A stretch of DNA of 62,555 nucleotides, the filler included, from Gonapodya sp. JEL0774 (lineage: Eukaryota): the NCBI GenBank assembly GCA_027604505.1. It is 34 parts of 34 records of this genome, joined end to end, with 100 filler letters (N's around TTAATTAATTAA, not from the genome) between each part and the next. Parts side by side here need not be neighbours in the genome. Positions count along the whole stretch, not along the records: positions 47,977 to 49,712 come from JADIIX010002686.1; positions 49,813 to 51,548 come from JADIIX010002687.1; positions 51,649 to 53,384 come from JADIIX010002688.1; positions 53,485 to 55,219 come from JADIIX010002689.1; positions 55,320 to 57,053 come from JADIIX010002690.1; positions 57,154 to 58,887 come from JADIIX010002691.1; positions 58,988 to 60,721 come from JADIIX010002692.1; 27 more parts are not named here. One strand, written 5' to 3'. Shown here one piece after another: positions 48,535-60,821 of the stretch. The translations under genes and the position numbers were made by a program. Numbering within the stretch: position 1 is the first letter of the stretch; the number at the start of each line of letters is the position of its first letter. The notes below the pieces were generated by a model, which did not search any database, was not told where the DNA came from, and saw nothing but the letters and a program-made list of their open reading frames with translations.

Positions 48535-49712
48535 TCATAGTGAATCGCCTTTCACAAACATTTTTCTGAATTCTGCATTGCTTTTTGAAGTACCACCGTT
48601 CGTTGTTGGATTTTTACCATTCAGCGCCTCAGATACTCCTTTGGAACTTCCAAAGACTGCCGATGAAGTACCAGCAGCGAGCCGTGTCTGAGGCGCAGAA
48701 CCTCCGCGCCCTCGACCCCTCGATCCAAGTCCAGGTCGCGCAGCCCGCGGAATAAAAGCCGTCACTGATGTGGTGACGGGAGTCGCATCCTCGCTATCTC
48801 CAGCTCGGTTACCACGATCTCCTCCAATAGACGACCCGTCTCGACCTCGTCCACGACCTCGACTCCCTCGTGTTGCTGCAGGTCCACTCTGTGCTGCACC
48901 TCGACCGCGTGGTGCCGACGATCGTTGACTTGCTGACTGACCTCCCCTTGCGGCCCGGTCGGCTTTTTGAATCAGTAACTCCCTACCACCGATTTCAGTC
49001 CCGTTCATCGCGAGACCTGCGGTTGCGCTTGCCTGAATTTCGAAGTGTAGTCAAGTAACAGAAAGACATATTGAGGGGATATGCGAAAAGTCACTCAAGA
49101 ATCCGCACCTCATCTTGGAACTCCACGAACGCGATCCCACGTGACTGCCCACTTGGGAATGTAAGGACACGCACACCTTTGACGGGACCAAACTATGCAA
49201 ACATTTAGTGCCCCGCACTGTTAGAAGTGTCGATCAAAAAGGACTCTCTACCTTTTCAAACATCGCTGAGATGTCTGATTCAGTGTGTCCAAAAGGCAGA
49301 TTTCGCACAAAAAGTTCACATGGGTCCTCTCTGCCAAACGGAATTGCCCAGCAGCTCAACTCTCTCGGTTTCAAGAAGCGAACAACAATTAGGAGCAGTC
49401 TCACCTGAGCTGATCTGCGGGGACTCCTTGGCTCTTCAATGACGGGTTTGAGATTGCTACAGAAATGCTTTTGCCCATGACATCAGTACCATCTTTGGAT
49501 ACGGCAGCATGCGCTGCTTCCTATGATTCCCAACACATATTTAACGGCTCACCAAAAGAAATCTAAGTAGTGACAAATTGGAGTACTTCGAGCTCACCGG
49601 CGTGGAAAATTCTATGTACGCAAAAGTAGTGGTTTCGCGACTGACCAAACGGATATCTTTGATTTCACCGAACTAGAGATCAACTTGTGAAACGACTGCA
49701 ACCTAATAACCG
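48535..49712 (-). CDS. PRP24: U4/U6 recycling factor Prp24/SART3, C-terminal RRMs
   Basis: RNP1-like FAYIEFST and GIAFVEFQ, and a terminal Lsm-interaction motif KSNAEFRKMF. Confidence 0.82.
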
Positions 49713-49812
49713 NNNNNNNNNNNNNNNNNNNNNNNNNNNNNNNNNNNNNNNNNNNNTTAATTAATTAANNNNNNNNNNNNNNNNNNNNNNNNNNNNNNNN
49801 NNNNNNNNNNNN

Positions 49813-51155
49813 TTGCCTCGATTCTCGGTCCAGGAGATCTGCCGACCCCACCGGCCGTACCCCACGATTCCCGCACGGACACGTTTGTCGGGAACAGAGA
49901 AATTGGAGCGGGAATACGGACTGCAGCCACCGTCTCCACCGTCTCAACGTCGCTGGTTCCTGCCCACATCTGCCACACGTCCCCCACACCTCTTCCATCA
50001 CTCCGAGAGCCGACTCCCACATCCCCACCGAACCGCGCCAACCGCCTCCGCCAATTGCAACCCGCGACCCGCTCCATCTCCCTCCGCGCCCGACCGCCGT
50101 CCCCGTCCCGCTCCAATCCCAGCAGACCGTTCACGCTCCCTCGAACACGGCCCGCCCCCAGTCCGTTGATCACGCCGCCGCTCGAAGTTACGGATACAGC
50201 AGTTCATGTGCAGGCGCAGGGACAGTTGCTATGGACGCCAGTGGAGGCGCCAGACCGATTAGGTGCGTGGTTGTGACGTATGTTGACTGATTCCGCGAGA
50301 CCTGAGTGCGATGAAGTAGTTGGTCTCTGACTCGCAAATTCCCCTTCTGTACCCTCTACAGGCGGGAGGTGGATACGAGGATGGGCAACAGACGCTGGGG
50401 CGTACGGGAGGGCTGGTCATCAATCCGCTAGGAGGGATTTGGGAGATGCGGTGGCGGGTGGGAGCGAAGCAGCGACGGATTTTACGATGGACCTGAACAG
50501 GCGTGAGGAAATTGACGAGGAGCTAGACCTTGCGACCACACCCGCGATGTCCGCCGAACGCACACCCACTTCATTGCCTTGGTTCACAATGGGAGATGTT
50601 CTCGCACTGGCACCGTCGCCAGATCCGGTCACCGCCACCTCCTCCAGCCAAGTTGGTGATGAAATGTCAAGTGCTATCTCCCCAGCACAACTCAACATAC
50701 CTCCCAGCGAACCGTCGCAACGTTCCCCCATGCATAGTTCCTCCTCTCCCAGCTCCCTCTCACCGCACCAGATACCTGCAACCCACCCCACCTCCCGTGC
50801 ACCGTCTCCAAGCCGACCCTATATTCCCGCTGGTCCCGTCGCGACGCTGGCCGTAGCGGAAGGAAAAGTGGTCGCAGTGCGGGACGGGGAGAGGAGACGA
50901 AGTTGGATTCGCAGTCACGACGAACACGAGGAAGGATCGAGCTCAGCTCGCTGGGATCGTGGTACGCAACGGACTGAGAGAATTGAGAATTCTGGGACTC
51001 GCGCGAGTGACGGACACGCTACTAGCGGATCTTCCTCTCTGCTCGAATACGTCTCGTCTTCGTCTGGTGAACGAAACGGACGATGGGATGCGTGGAGTTT
51101 CGGGGCGGGAGGTGTGGGGGGTGTGGAGACGATGTGGTTTGGCGGAGGGCGATAA
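49813..51155 (+). CDS. Hypothetical low-complexity protein, C-terminal part
   Basis: Pro/Ser-rich exons with an apparent intron at about 50263-50361, ending WFGGGR*. Confidence 0.4.
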
Positions 51156-51648
51156 TTCCGCGCGGGGTGGACGGGAGGAGGAAAAAAGGGACTCGAGGCT
51201 TGAAATAGAAGCACGGCGAGGAAAAGGTGCGTTTGTCCGGGGTGTCCAGGAGAGGTACATGCCCTTCCCCCCAAGTGAGAGGCTGTGGAGACAGAGTCTG
51301 TTGTTTTGATCACGTGTCAACATTCACATGTATTAGTCTCGGCTCGAAGCGAATCATTAAAGATTTCACTTACATGAAGAATACGAGCCAGGGGTGAGTC
51401 CACGTCAAGCATCCAGAACGCGAACTGTGCATGTAAACCATAGACGTGGAGGATGAGGACGCTACCACCAAGCTCAGAGAAGCCCCGTGACTCCATGAAT
51501 CCTCCGGAAGCCAATGCGGATCAGAACTAACTCTTCGTTAGGTTGCAGNNNNNNNNNNNNNNNNNNNNNNNNNNNNNNNNNNNNNNNNNNNNTTAATTAA
51601 TTAANNNNNNNNNNNNNNNNNNNNNNNNNNNNNNNNNNNNNNNNNNNN

Positions 51649-52143
51649 GGCGAAGCCACAATAGCATCAGCGACCAGCTCGGGCTCCCTAACGATATCGT
51701 TCGTTAGTAGAAACAAATGAGTATGGCCCGCCACAGCTGTGATTGCTTGAGAGGTTAGCTTCGTCCGTGAAATTACATGAAGTGTTCGATGGGACTAACC
51801 GTTCTTCCAAGCAACTGAATCGTTCAAATCTCCGGCAATGTACCTAACTCCAGTTATTCCAGCTGCCGCAAGTTTCTCTGGGTTGCGAGCAAACGCTGAA
51901 ACGTTGGCACCCTGAATGGTGACAGCTTTGTTACAAGGGGCGATCATATGCTAGATAGTGGCGAGTTTGATCAGACTCCTGTCGCACATACCTGTTCTGA
52001 GAGAATCTTCAGCAGTTGCCGCCCAATTGTACCCGTTGCTCCCGTCACTTTGTGCGTGGAATCGTTGCTGATCAAGATCCATATATCATGAAATGAAACC
52101 ATATCTCACCCTCCAACTCACCAAGAATCTTATTGCCGGTCAT
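51649..52143 (-). CDS. NmrA-like/atypical SDR NAD(P)-binding protein, N-terminus
   Basis: MTGNKIL|VTGATGTIGRQLL...|GANVSAFARNPEKL...YIAGDL. Confidence 0.78.
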
Positions 52144-52437
52144 TGTCGCGAATTAGGTGATTCGAAGTTAGAGTGAGATTCCATTCCCTTTTATGCATCG
52201 ATGGTGGTCCTTGTCATTGAAGGTGAGTCCCAACGACGCAACTGGTTGCGCAACGGGCAGAACCCATCCAAGAACGATCGTGTGGAAAGGCCACAGCCGA
52301 AATCCTGCCACGAAACACAAAACACGAGCAAGGTGCAATTATAATAAGTATGACATCGTCGAGTTTATTTCTGAATGTGCTGTCGCGCTCGAGGGATTTG
52401 TTATTCGCAACCATATGCTCCAAATAAGTACAACGGA

Positions 52438-53384
52438 TTAATTAATCTTTTTCTTGAGGTGCGCGAATTCTCTTTCGCGAAGGATGAATTTCTGAATCTT
52501 AGAACACAAATCCGCACGTTGTTGGATGTTTGACGGGATCAAGACGAAAAGTTTATCGCCTCACCTTCCCAGAGCCCGTCTTGGGAAGCTCCATTTCCAG
52601 TTGAACACGTGCAGGACACTTGTAGCCTGCCAAGAGTGTGCGGCAGTGACGAATAATATCACTGTGGACGAGGATGTCGTGTAAAGGGTCATTTCGAGTC
52701 TGGAATCAATTTTACGTACCTCTCGATTTCACCAGGCTCATATCCACCATGTTCCATAACCTCCTTCTTGAGTACCACGTAGGCCTGAATCATTTCAAAT
52801 CCGATAGGTCCTCTCCGCCGAATCCGCGTTGATCATATAGGATCTTACCTTTGGTCTCTCACCCCATGTATCATCCGGCGTCGCAACCACGGCCACTTCA
52901 AGTACCTTGGGGTGACTCGCAACCACTTGTTCCACCTCAATTGTCGAAATATTCTCTCCGCCTGAGATCACGACGTCTTTCTTTCGGTCGCGGATCTCAA
53001 TGTAGCCATCAGGATGGCGCACAGCTGATAAAGGAGAGTTACGTCAAACGTGGATTGTGCAAGTGGAATCTTGAGTCACATACCTATATCTCCCGAGTGA
53101 AGCCATCCTCCTTCAAATGCTCTCTTCGTCCCCTCGTCATCCTTATAGTACCCTGTCATAATGGCATTCCCCCTCCAGACAACCTCCCCCATGCTCTTGC
53201 CATCCCACGCCATTTCCATCATGTCGTCGTCAACAACCTTGAAATCATCCACTGTTACACACACATGGCCAGGTCGAGCAATCTTCAACGCCAATTCTTC
53301 ATTCGAAAGGTTCAGCCACTCCGGCTGGATTGGGCAATTGACGATGGGTCTGCGGTTTGGCTGGTCAGACAAGCTTGTACCCAT
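52438..53384 (-). CDS. Acyl-CoA synthetase (AMP-binding, AAE/FadD-like), C-terminus
   Basis: [60 protein letters not shown] and [15 protein letters not shown]. Confidence 0.93.
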
Positions 53385-54590
53385 NNNNNNNNNNNNNNNN
53401 NNNNNNNNNNNNNNNNNNNNNNNNNNNNTTAATTAATTAANNNNNNNNNNNNNNNNNNNNNNNNNNNNNNNNNNNNNNNNNNNNCGTGGCAAAGTGGTCC
53501 AATAGGTACCCGATGTTGATTGTCGCGTACGGGGTAAGTTGACACGTTGAACCACTGACACCACGAACAAGAGAGTATTCGAATATTGGGCACGGCGTCG
53601 GAAAATGTGAGGAACGCCTAGATGAACGCCGAGACGGTGCTGACCAACTCACAGCGGGATTTCCGATTTGGAAGAGTACAGACTATTCACACGATTTTGC
53701 CCCCAAAACCCAATGAGCTGGGCACCAACAATCACGAAAGGTATCAGTGATGGTAACCATGAGGGAAACGAGTCAGAACATGTCTATTTCCGTGTATGAT
53801 GGACGGAAGGAGAACATTATACCTGATAGGGAGACCGAGGGTTCGTGGGGTCGGTAGGAAGGAGAGCGCCAGTGTATCGAGCCACCAAGACCAGAGATAT
53901 TGCCAGCACTGCAAGCGAGAAGGCGCCATTGAATGGTCGTCTCGCCATCGTCAGGATGTTGTTTTGGTGTGCAAAATACTTGGAGAAGCCGCACCGATCC
54001 CTTCGCCACCCCAACCCGGAAGGCCTCACACCGTCAACAAAAACATGTCCGAATGGGGTAACTTCAAGAGTACTGGGATTCTGAGTGCGCGTGTGGGCAG
54101 CCGAGCTCGTAGCAACAGTGTTCGCCGACCTAGCGGTTAAACTTGTTTACATCCACTTTTCACATAGCTATCTCGCAATGCAAGACATCACATAGCAGCA
54201 GTCCACATATGTCTGTATGTTGTCGACTTCCAGCAATGCACTAAGAAAACGCAATGGCTTTGTTCGAGGTCAACATTGCACCACTGATCGAAATAATTCT
54301 TTGGTGACTTCTGCATAAGAAGAATCACCGTCTCACCCCCACAAGATTATCGGTGTCTAATACAAAGCATAGTGGATACCCGAGTGTGGGACTCAGGGTC
54401 TGACGTCATACTTAGTCAGTGATCGTTTGAGCACATTTTCAACCGCACCGGCTGCCGGAATTACACATTTCCCAGAGATGAGGAAGCGTACGATGAATAT
54501 TGCAACATGAACAATCTACCAGATCTACATTAGACGCACAATTCTTGCTGAGTCAATCTGCGTTCCCAACTTTATTGATCTTGCCCATCA

Positions 54591-55219
54591 TCATCGCATC
54601 CCCACCCATACCACCGCCATGCCAACGTTCATGGCCAGACAAACAGGTGCGATAGTCCAAAGTCCCACAGACTGTGCCAACACCCCGACGACCCAGGGCA
54701 CGAAAGCACCACCCAAATTTCCACCGGCTACGACGATCGCTAATGCGGCGGGCATGAGGTCGTCAAGATTCTTCGCTTTGACAACACTCGCGACGACGGA
54801 GATGGCCGTGGGGAACAGAGGACCCTGGCCCAGTCCCGCGAGGAAGAGGCCGAACCCGTCCACGGGGATGTTATCGAAGGCCCACACGAGGGCGACGCCG
54901 ATAAGGCTCATCGCCATGTAGAGATAAGATGAACGGTATTCTCCGATGTAGTGGGTGAGTGGCACAAAGGCGATCCGGGAGAGGGCGAGGCCAAGCCAAA
55001 AGAGGGTGACGAGGAAGCCGAGGGTAGATAGAGACGCAGGGCGGTAGGCAGATAGGAATGTGAAAATCTGGATCCAGCACGGTGTTGAATGGGTGGGAGA
55101 AGTGAGGAGGACATGGTTTCTCGCAGGTGTTGGGAATCCCACAATTTATGCCTTCAGATCGTCACTTACCCATTGACCAATAGAGACCTCACATCCAACA
55201 TACACAAACAGATACACCA
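54591..55219 (-). CDS. MFS transporter (FucP/TsgA-like), C-terminal half
   Basis: Successive TM helices with LFWLGLALSRI, LAGLGQGPLFPT and GNLGGAFVPWVVGVLA. Confidence 0.85.
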
Positions 55220-55319
55220 NNNNNNNNNNNNNNNNNNNNNNNNNNNNNNNNNNNNNNNNNNNNTTAATTAATTAANNNNNNNNNNNNNNNNNNNNNNNNN
55301 NNNNNNNNNNNNNNNNNNN

Positions 55320-57053
55320 GTCGTACGAAGCAGCTGTGCCGTGGTAGGGCGAGATGTTTTGCTTGAACTTTTGCCTCCGTGCGCGGTCGGTTTGTGCTCG
55401 GGTGGATCCGGAGAAGTAATGAGCTGGGAACCAAACACGACTTGCGAACCAAGTGACCGAGATCGGGAGGCCATTTGACTCGAAACAGAAGCTAGCGAGC
55501 CACCAAGATCGACAGCAGATCTCAAAACGACCGAAGGAATGCGCTGATGATCGGATGGGTCGTATTTTGATATTTGGCCAGGTTTCCTCAGGGATGAGCC
55601 CGAAGGCGATCGGATGGCGGTCATGTTCGCGCCCTGCGTTTGAGACATTTTAGCTAGGTCCTTAAAGGAACCTAATGATCTCCGTTTCGCTTCCTGTGCC
55701 GCAGTCAATGTGTCGTCTGCGGAGAGGACCTTTCGATGGAAAGGAGGCATTGAGGAGAGACCATCCAAGCTCGCTGCAGGACGCAGAGTCCCGTGGGAGC
55801 TTGAGTTACTTTTTCGTGCGAGTTTCTTTGGGAATGATGGCGTCGATCCATCGTTTGATGAAGACGCCGAATGGGAGCTCTCACTGTCGGAAGGTGGTTT
55901 CAGGGCACCCAGCGACTCTCTTTTGAGTGGAGGAAGGACAGAAGGAGGTCGAGATAGCTCAGAGGTCGAACCCCCGCGTTCGCGATCACGGCGATTCGAG
56001 TCAGGACCTGACTGTGGCAACCGTTTCGGGCGTGTCATTGCATCAGGAAGAGGTGGCAGCCGTTTGTCTGGGGATGAGGGCCGAGTATCTGATTCGGGAA
56101 TTGTTTCCAGAGGAGGAATGTTTTCGAGCACGGATGAAAACTGGGTGGGATTGGGAACCATTTGATGCCCTGTCAGCACCCGTTGGTGACATCCTGAACA
56201 AAAGCAAAACAAACTATGTGACCCACGGGTTTCGGTTCGAATAACGGGAGCGGAGCAACTTTGCCGTCGCGCGCCCCATTTTTGGCATTCTTCTCCGAAA
56301 TGGTAACCGTACCTCCGATTCCACGAAATGAGAAACTGCAAAGTACTCCGAGAACGCCGATGGCTGCGGAAAGAATCCGCAATGTGGCAACCCAGCCATA
56401 TGTCGATAGAAGAGATGAAGCTAGAGGTGCAAGAATGAATGGTCCCAAATTGATACCTAATCGGACGGAGGTATAAAACGAGTTGACAGTCCGTACAATT
56501 CACTGCAGAACTGAAGTGCAAATACTTACCCGTGACAGCGACTCCAACTCGAATTACCAAGTGAAAGTCAAGAATTCGTGAAGTAACAGATGCAAGTAAA
56601 ATTTTTTTGCAAATGACATACTCGCTGTTGATCGTTGCTTGTTGCCGATGGGGAATGCGTGTGCAACAGCAGCGGATGCCGGGTAGTAAAGACCTGCTCC
56701 ACCAACACCATAAACTAGTCCCAGTGTACTATATCGAACAGACGACATTCCGTAATATCATTAATCTGGAATGGTGACCGGATGTGACTCTCGACCGGCG
56801 ATCGTTCCACCCCTATTTACTCACAGAAACAACTGCCAGAGTTCCGTGGAGAATGAGGCCGCTGCATAGCCGCCAGCCATAAGGAGTGCTCCACAGAACG
56901 ACACCGGGAAGAATCCGTAATAGTCTGCCATTCGTCCAACCACCTGAAAGATACCGAAGGACGAACCTTAGGCCGCCCATCTGAGAACATGCATCCTTGG
57001 GCATCACTCACTGGGCCTACGATACAGTACCCAGCACCCATTGTGCCACCGAC
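55320..57053 (-). CDS. MFS monocarboxylate-transporter-like protein with a long Ser-rich central loop, partial
   Basis: GLVYGVGGAGLYYPA..AVAHAF...RSTA, then LAPLASSLLSTYGWVATLRIL, followed by a disordered loop. Confidence 0.7.
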
Positions 57054-58098
57054 NNNNNNNNNNNNNNNNNNNNNNNNNNNNNNNNNNNNNNNNNNNNTTA
57101 ATTAATTAANNNNNNNNNNNNNNNNNNNNNNNNNNNNNNNNNNNNNNNNNNNNCTGTTTGCGGATTGTTTCCAACGATTCGATACCAACTTTTGCAGGTT
57201 ACGGAGACTTTGCACCAAAGTCGATTCAATCGCGGTCGCTTGTTGTGGCATACATTTTCCTTGGGATTCCGAATGTTACTTTTCTTGGCTCGTAAGTGGG
57301 GCAATTGAGGCTGCCAATCATTTCACACGGGTTTGCCCCAAATTGATCATGCCCCCATCCCAGGGTCTTCGCAGAGCGCATCCTCAACCAATGGCGCGTC
57401 CACGTAAAGAGCATGGAGGAGATTGATCGTCTTTATAGCACTCGAAAGTCTCGCCGCGCGCGAAAACAGAGTGCTTCTCAGCATACGGCGCCGCCACCCG
57501 TTCACTCATCTGTGGTGTCGAAACATGGACTGCAATCCGGTAATGGCTCTAAGCGTAGAACTGCTCAGGAGAGTGAGGTACAGAGCATTCGGCAGCCCTC
57601 CCCATCCCGAGGAAGTAATGTGGAGAACGACCCCGTTCGCATCCTAATCCCCACTGCTCCGTATGAGCTCCCACATGACACTGCGACCACCTCTCTACCT
57701 GATTCACCATTTGAGTCCACCCCTCGGGCAGGCGACGGGCACTGGAAGGCAATGGCGAGCAGTTCGGGTTTGGGAGCTTCTGCCGCGAAAGATCAATATC
57801 AATCAGGTGGGAGCACGTCGATAGAGAGCTCGATTCAGAACCATTCGGAGGACGAGGAGGAGGATGAAGACGATTCAAACGACTCTGAGGAGGAGGTTCG
57901 CCATTAGTGTTTCAGGAACATCCTCCGTCTATGAAGTCTCAGTGTTTAATGCAGCTACGGTATACATACTACGTATTTTGTCTCTGGCAGTTCGCCTCAA
58001 GTTACATCATAGCATTTTGACTGACACCGGAGTTGACTTTGCTGTGCTGTGGTCAAGACGTGTCCCCACATCGCAGAATGTACTCTGTTGGACATCCC

Positions 58099-58887
58099 AT
58101 GCTTACTGATAACGCTATTATCAGAATTCTACAGAGGCTGCCTGCTGAAACTTCTGCGGGACTGCTTGTTGTCGGGCCTCGACTATTGCTCCCACAGCAT
58201 TGCGTGTACTGGACCACCTCTGCATCCCCCATCGTTCAAAGTCGACCGAGGATGATTCTCCCCCAACTCCGCGGTTTCAGCTCGTCAAGCGACGGCCCGT
58301 ATACTCCTGAAAGTGATCACAAGGTTGCCGATCCTGTCCGAGAGTTTCGACTTGCCCTCATATCGTTTGATTCCGAGGACCGTGTACTGGAACTTTATCA
58401 GCCTCTGCGGCGAATCCCAGCGCTTCTGCAAAAGCTGGAGAGGACAGACTTCCGTGATTTACTGTGTCGTCTGAAAGGGAATGCTGAATGGGCTCACCAC
58501 GTGAGACTTTACTCCTGCCAGTCGAGTTCATAACATGGACTAACGAGATCCGTTTATCGGCGAATCAAGGTGTTTTCGGACATGTCGCGTCTCCCCCATT
58601 TGAGCCCACTTACAAGACCAGACTTCCATTTGTACTTGAACGCTCAGGTTTCTGGATGGGTCCCTGGTCCAGGTGGACTCTCCTATCCTTTTGCACGACA
58701 TTTTCTGAATCACATGCGATCCAGCCGCGTGTTACCGAACGACAGCACGTATGCAGTGCTTATCCCCCTACTTGCCGACCAGCTTAACGATCCTGAAGCA
58801 GCGCGGTGGGTCATTGAGTACCAGATGGAAGCTGACGGTCTTGTGGACATGGACCCCAAGCTGGTTGTGGAAGTTGTAAAAGGCTAT
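58099..58887 (+). CDS. Putative mitochondrial PPR-like protein, N-terminus
   Basis: Presequence-like ...QLRGFSSSS, then helical repeats VFSDMSRL and LNHMRSSRVLPNDSTYAVLI (PPR-like MxxxxVxPxxxTYxxLI). Confidence 0.5.
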
Positions 58888-58987
58888 NNNNNNNNNNNNN
58901 NNNNNNNNNNNNNNNNNNNNNNNNNNNNNNNTTAATTAATTAANNNNNNNNNNNNNNNNNNNNNNNNNNNNNNNNNNNNNNNNNNNN

Positions 58988-60721
58988 TCTTGGAGAGCCA
59001 AGTCCAAGCTCACTAATCTACCCTTGTAGAGAAGAGAGACAATGGCATGTTGACACTCAACAAGCTAATGCACTGCACAGTGAGCTGCATATTATCCATG
59101 AGCCTCTTGTTGCTTCAAAGCTAGAGGATATTGCTGGAGAGGACATTTCAGATTGGATTGAGCATTGTGATGGAGAACATTATAGGAAGTCCATTCAGAG
59201 GTTCATGAGAGTCTGTGTGATCACCTGCATTTTCCAATTGATATCTGTGTCCTGTGTTAAAAATCTCTCTTGGTACAGCTGTTTGGGCAGACAGTGGTTC
59301 CCTAGTAGCTTAGCTTGCTTAATGTATGCTTGCGAAGTACAATAGATGGAGCTTTTCTACTCTTATATACTAGTTCCCTTGGTCTATTTGAATGTCTGGA
59401 TGTACGTAAAGAGGAAATGCAGGCCAGGAACTCTTCAGATCCAAACAATGCACCTTGAAGCATTAACACACCAAGTGAGTTGCCCAGTTGCAAAAATCTA
59501 ACACTCCTCCAGCAGAGCTTACAACTGTTCCAAGAACAAATTCCAACAGCTTCAAGATATTGTCCTCAGCCTCTGAGTTGCTGTCCTCATTGAGCAGATT
59601 TGCACTGAAAATGTGTTAAAAATCTCTCTTGTTATGGCACTGGTTGGGTGGGCAGTGATTCCCTAGTAGCTTACCTTATATGATGTACACTTCCAAAGTA
59701 TAGTTGCACTTTTCGACTCTTGTGTAGTAGTTCCCTCAGTCTATTTTGTAGTGTCACAAGGTACGAAAAGATAATATTCACACTGGGATCCCTTGGGGTC
59801 CAAACAATGCACCCCTGTGCAAGCACAAACCATCCCAAGGCAAGCAGCAAAGCAGCAAGTTAGTTGCCCAGCTGCAATATTCTGACATACCACAAATTTG
59901 TACTTTAATTAAATATATGTAACACAACTTCATGCATCTGAGCTCCTCTGCATTCCAGATTGTATTAAACCACTATCTTGTTGTTTGGAACCACCCTCCA
60001 AGCAGAAGGAGCAGCCATCAAAGCCCAGCTCTGTACATGACCCCAAAAGGAACCAAAGCGCTATGACTAATTTCCCACTGTAACTGAGAGGGCAATTATT
60101 CTCTGGGACTTCCTGAATTGTGATCAGAACCAAACCTGTCAGGAGGTTGGCATCGATTGAAGCCACATTCTTAGTCTTCACTTATAACCGCTTCACATTT
60201 ATGGTGCAGTAAGAATAAGGAGAAGAATCAATCTGAGACAGAAGCTCCCAAAGTGTCAGAATACAGGTGACCTCTTGTGCAGGCAACTTAGTATATTATG
60301 CACCAGTGCAATCATCTATGTGCCACTGCTGGTCAAGCTTACACATATCTAACATCAAGGAACCTTGGTTTGGTAAAGTTTTCCCATCATACCAAATAAC
60401 CACAGGTTTCCTCCATTTGGATGACGGCTCTGTCAGGCTATTCACACTATTCTATGAGTAATTGACAACCTCATCTGAGTGCAGTGGTGAATAATCACCA
60501 GAACCTTTCAGAGTAAGAGTGACTTGCACTAAACAAATGTTGACTAAAGTCACTGGTACTCAACTCCAGTTTAGGTTGCGAGTTTCAAGCGGCTCACTTC
60601 AACTCACGGTGTGGAAGGGCTTTGGAAGATCAGCCCAGTCATTAAAGACCCTTGCACTGGCAGCACCACACAAAATATAAAAACCTGTGTCACATTTTAC
60701 AGGTGCAAAAATTGTAGCATA
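58988..60721. repeat. CpG-depleted degenerate repeat or transposon relic with an internal direct duplication (offset about 360 bp)
   Basis: Only about a dozen CG dinucleotides in 1.73 kb (counted by eye), rich in TG/CA, no credible ORF. The block TGTGTTAAAAATCTCTCTTG...TTCCCTAGTAGCTTA occurs at 59253 and 59612. Confidence 0.65.
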
Positions 60722-60821
60722 NNNNNNNNNNNNNNNNNNNNNNNNNNNNNNNNNNNNNNNNNNNNTTAATTAATTAANNNNNNNNNNNNNNNNNNNNNNN
60801 NNNNNNNNNNNNNNNNNNNNN

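Noticed and set aside
1754..60821. Regularly spaced TTAATTAATTAA motif flanked by Ns every ~1.85 kb, superficially like a repeat array
   Set aside because: It is an artificial six-frame-stop linker joining size-sorted contigs. ORFs ending in XXXLIN or XXXN are artefacts of it.
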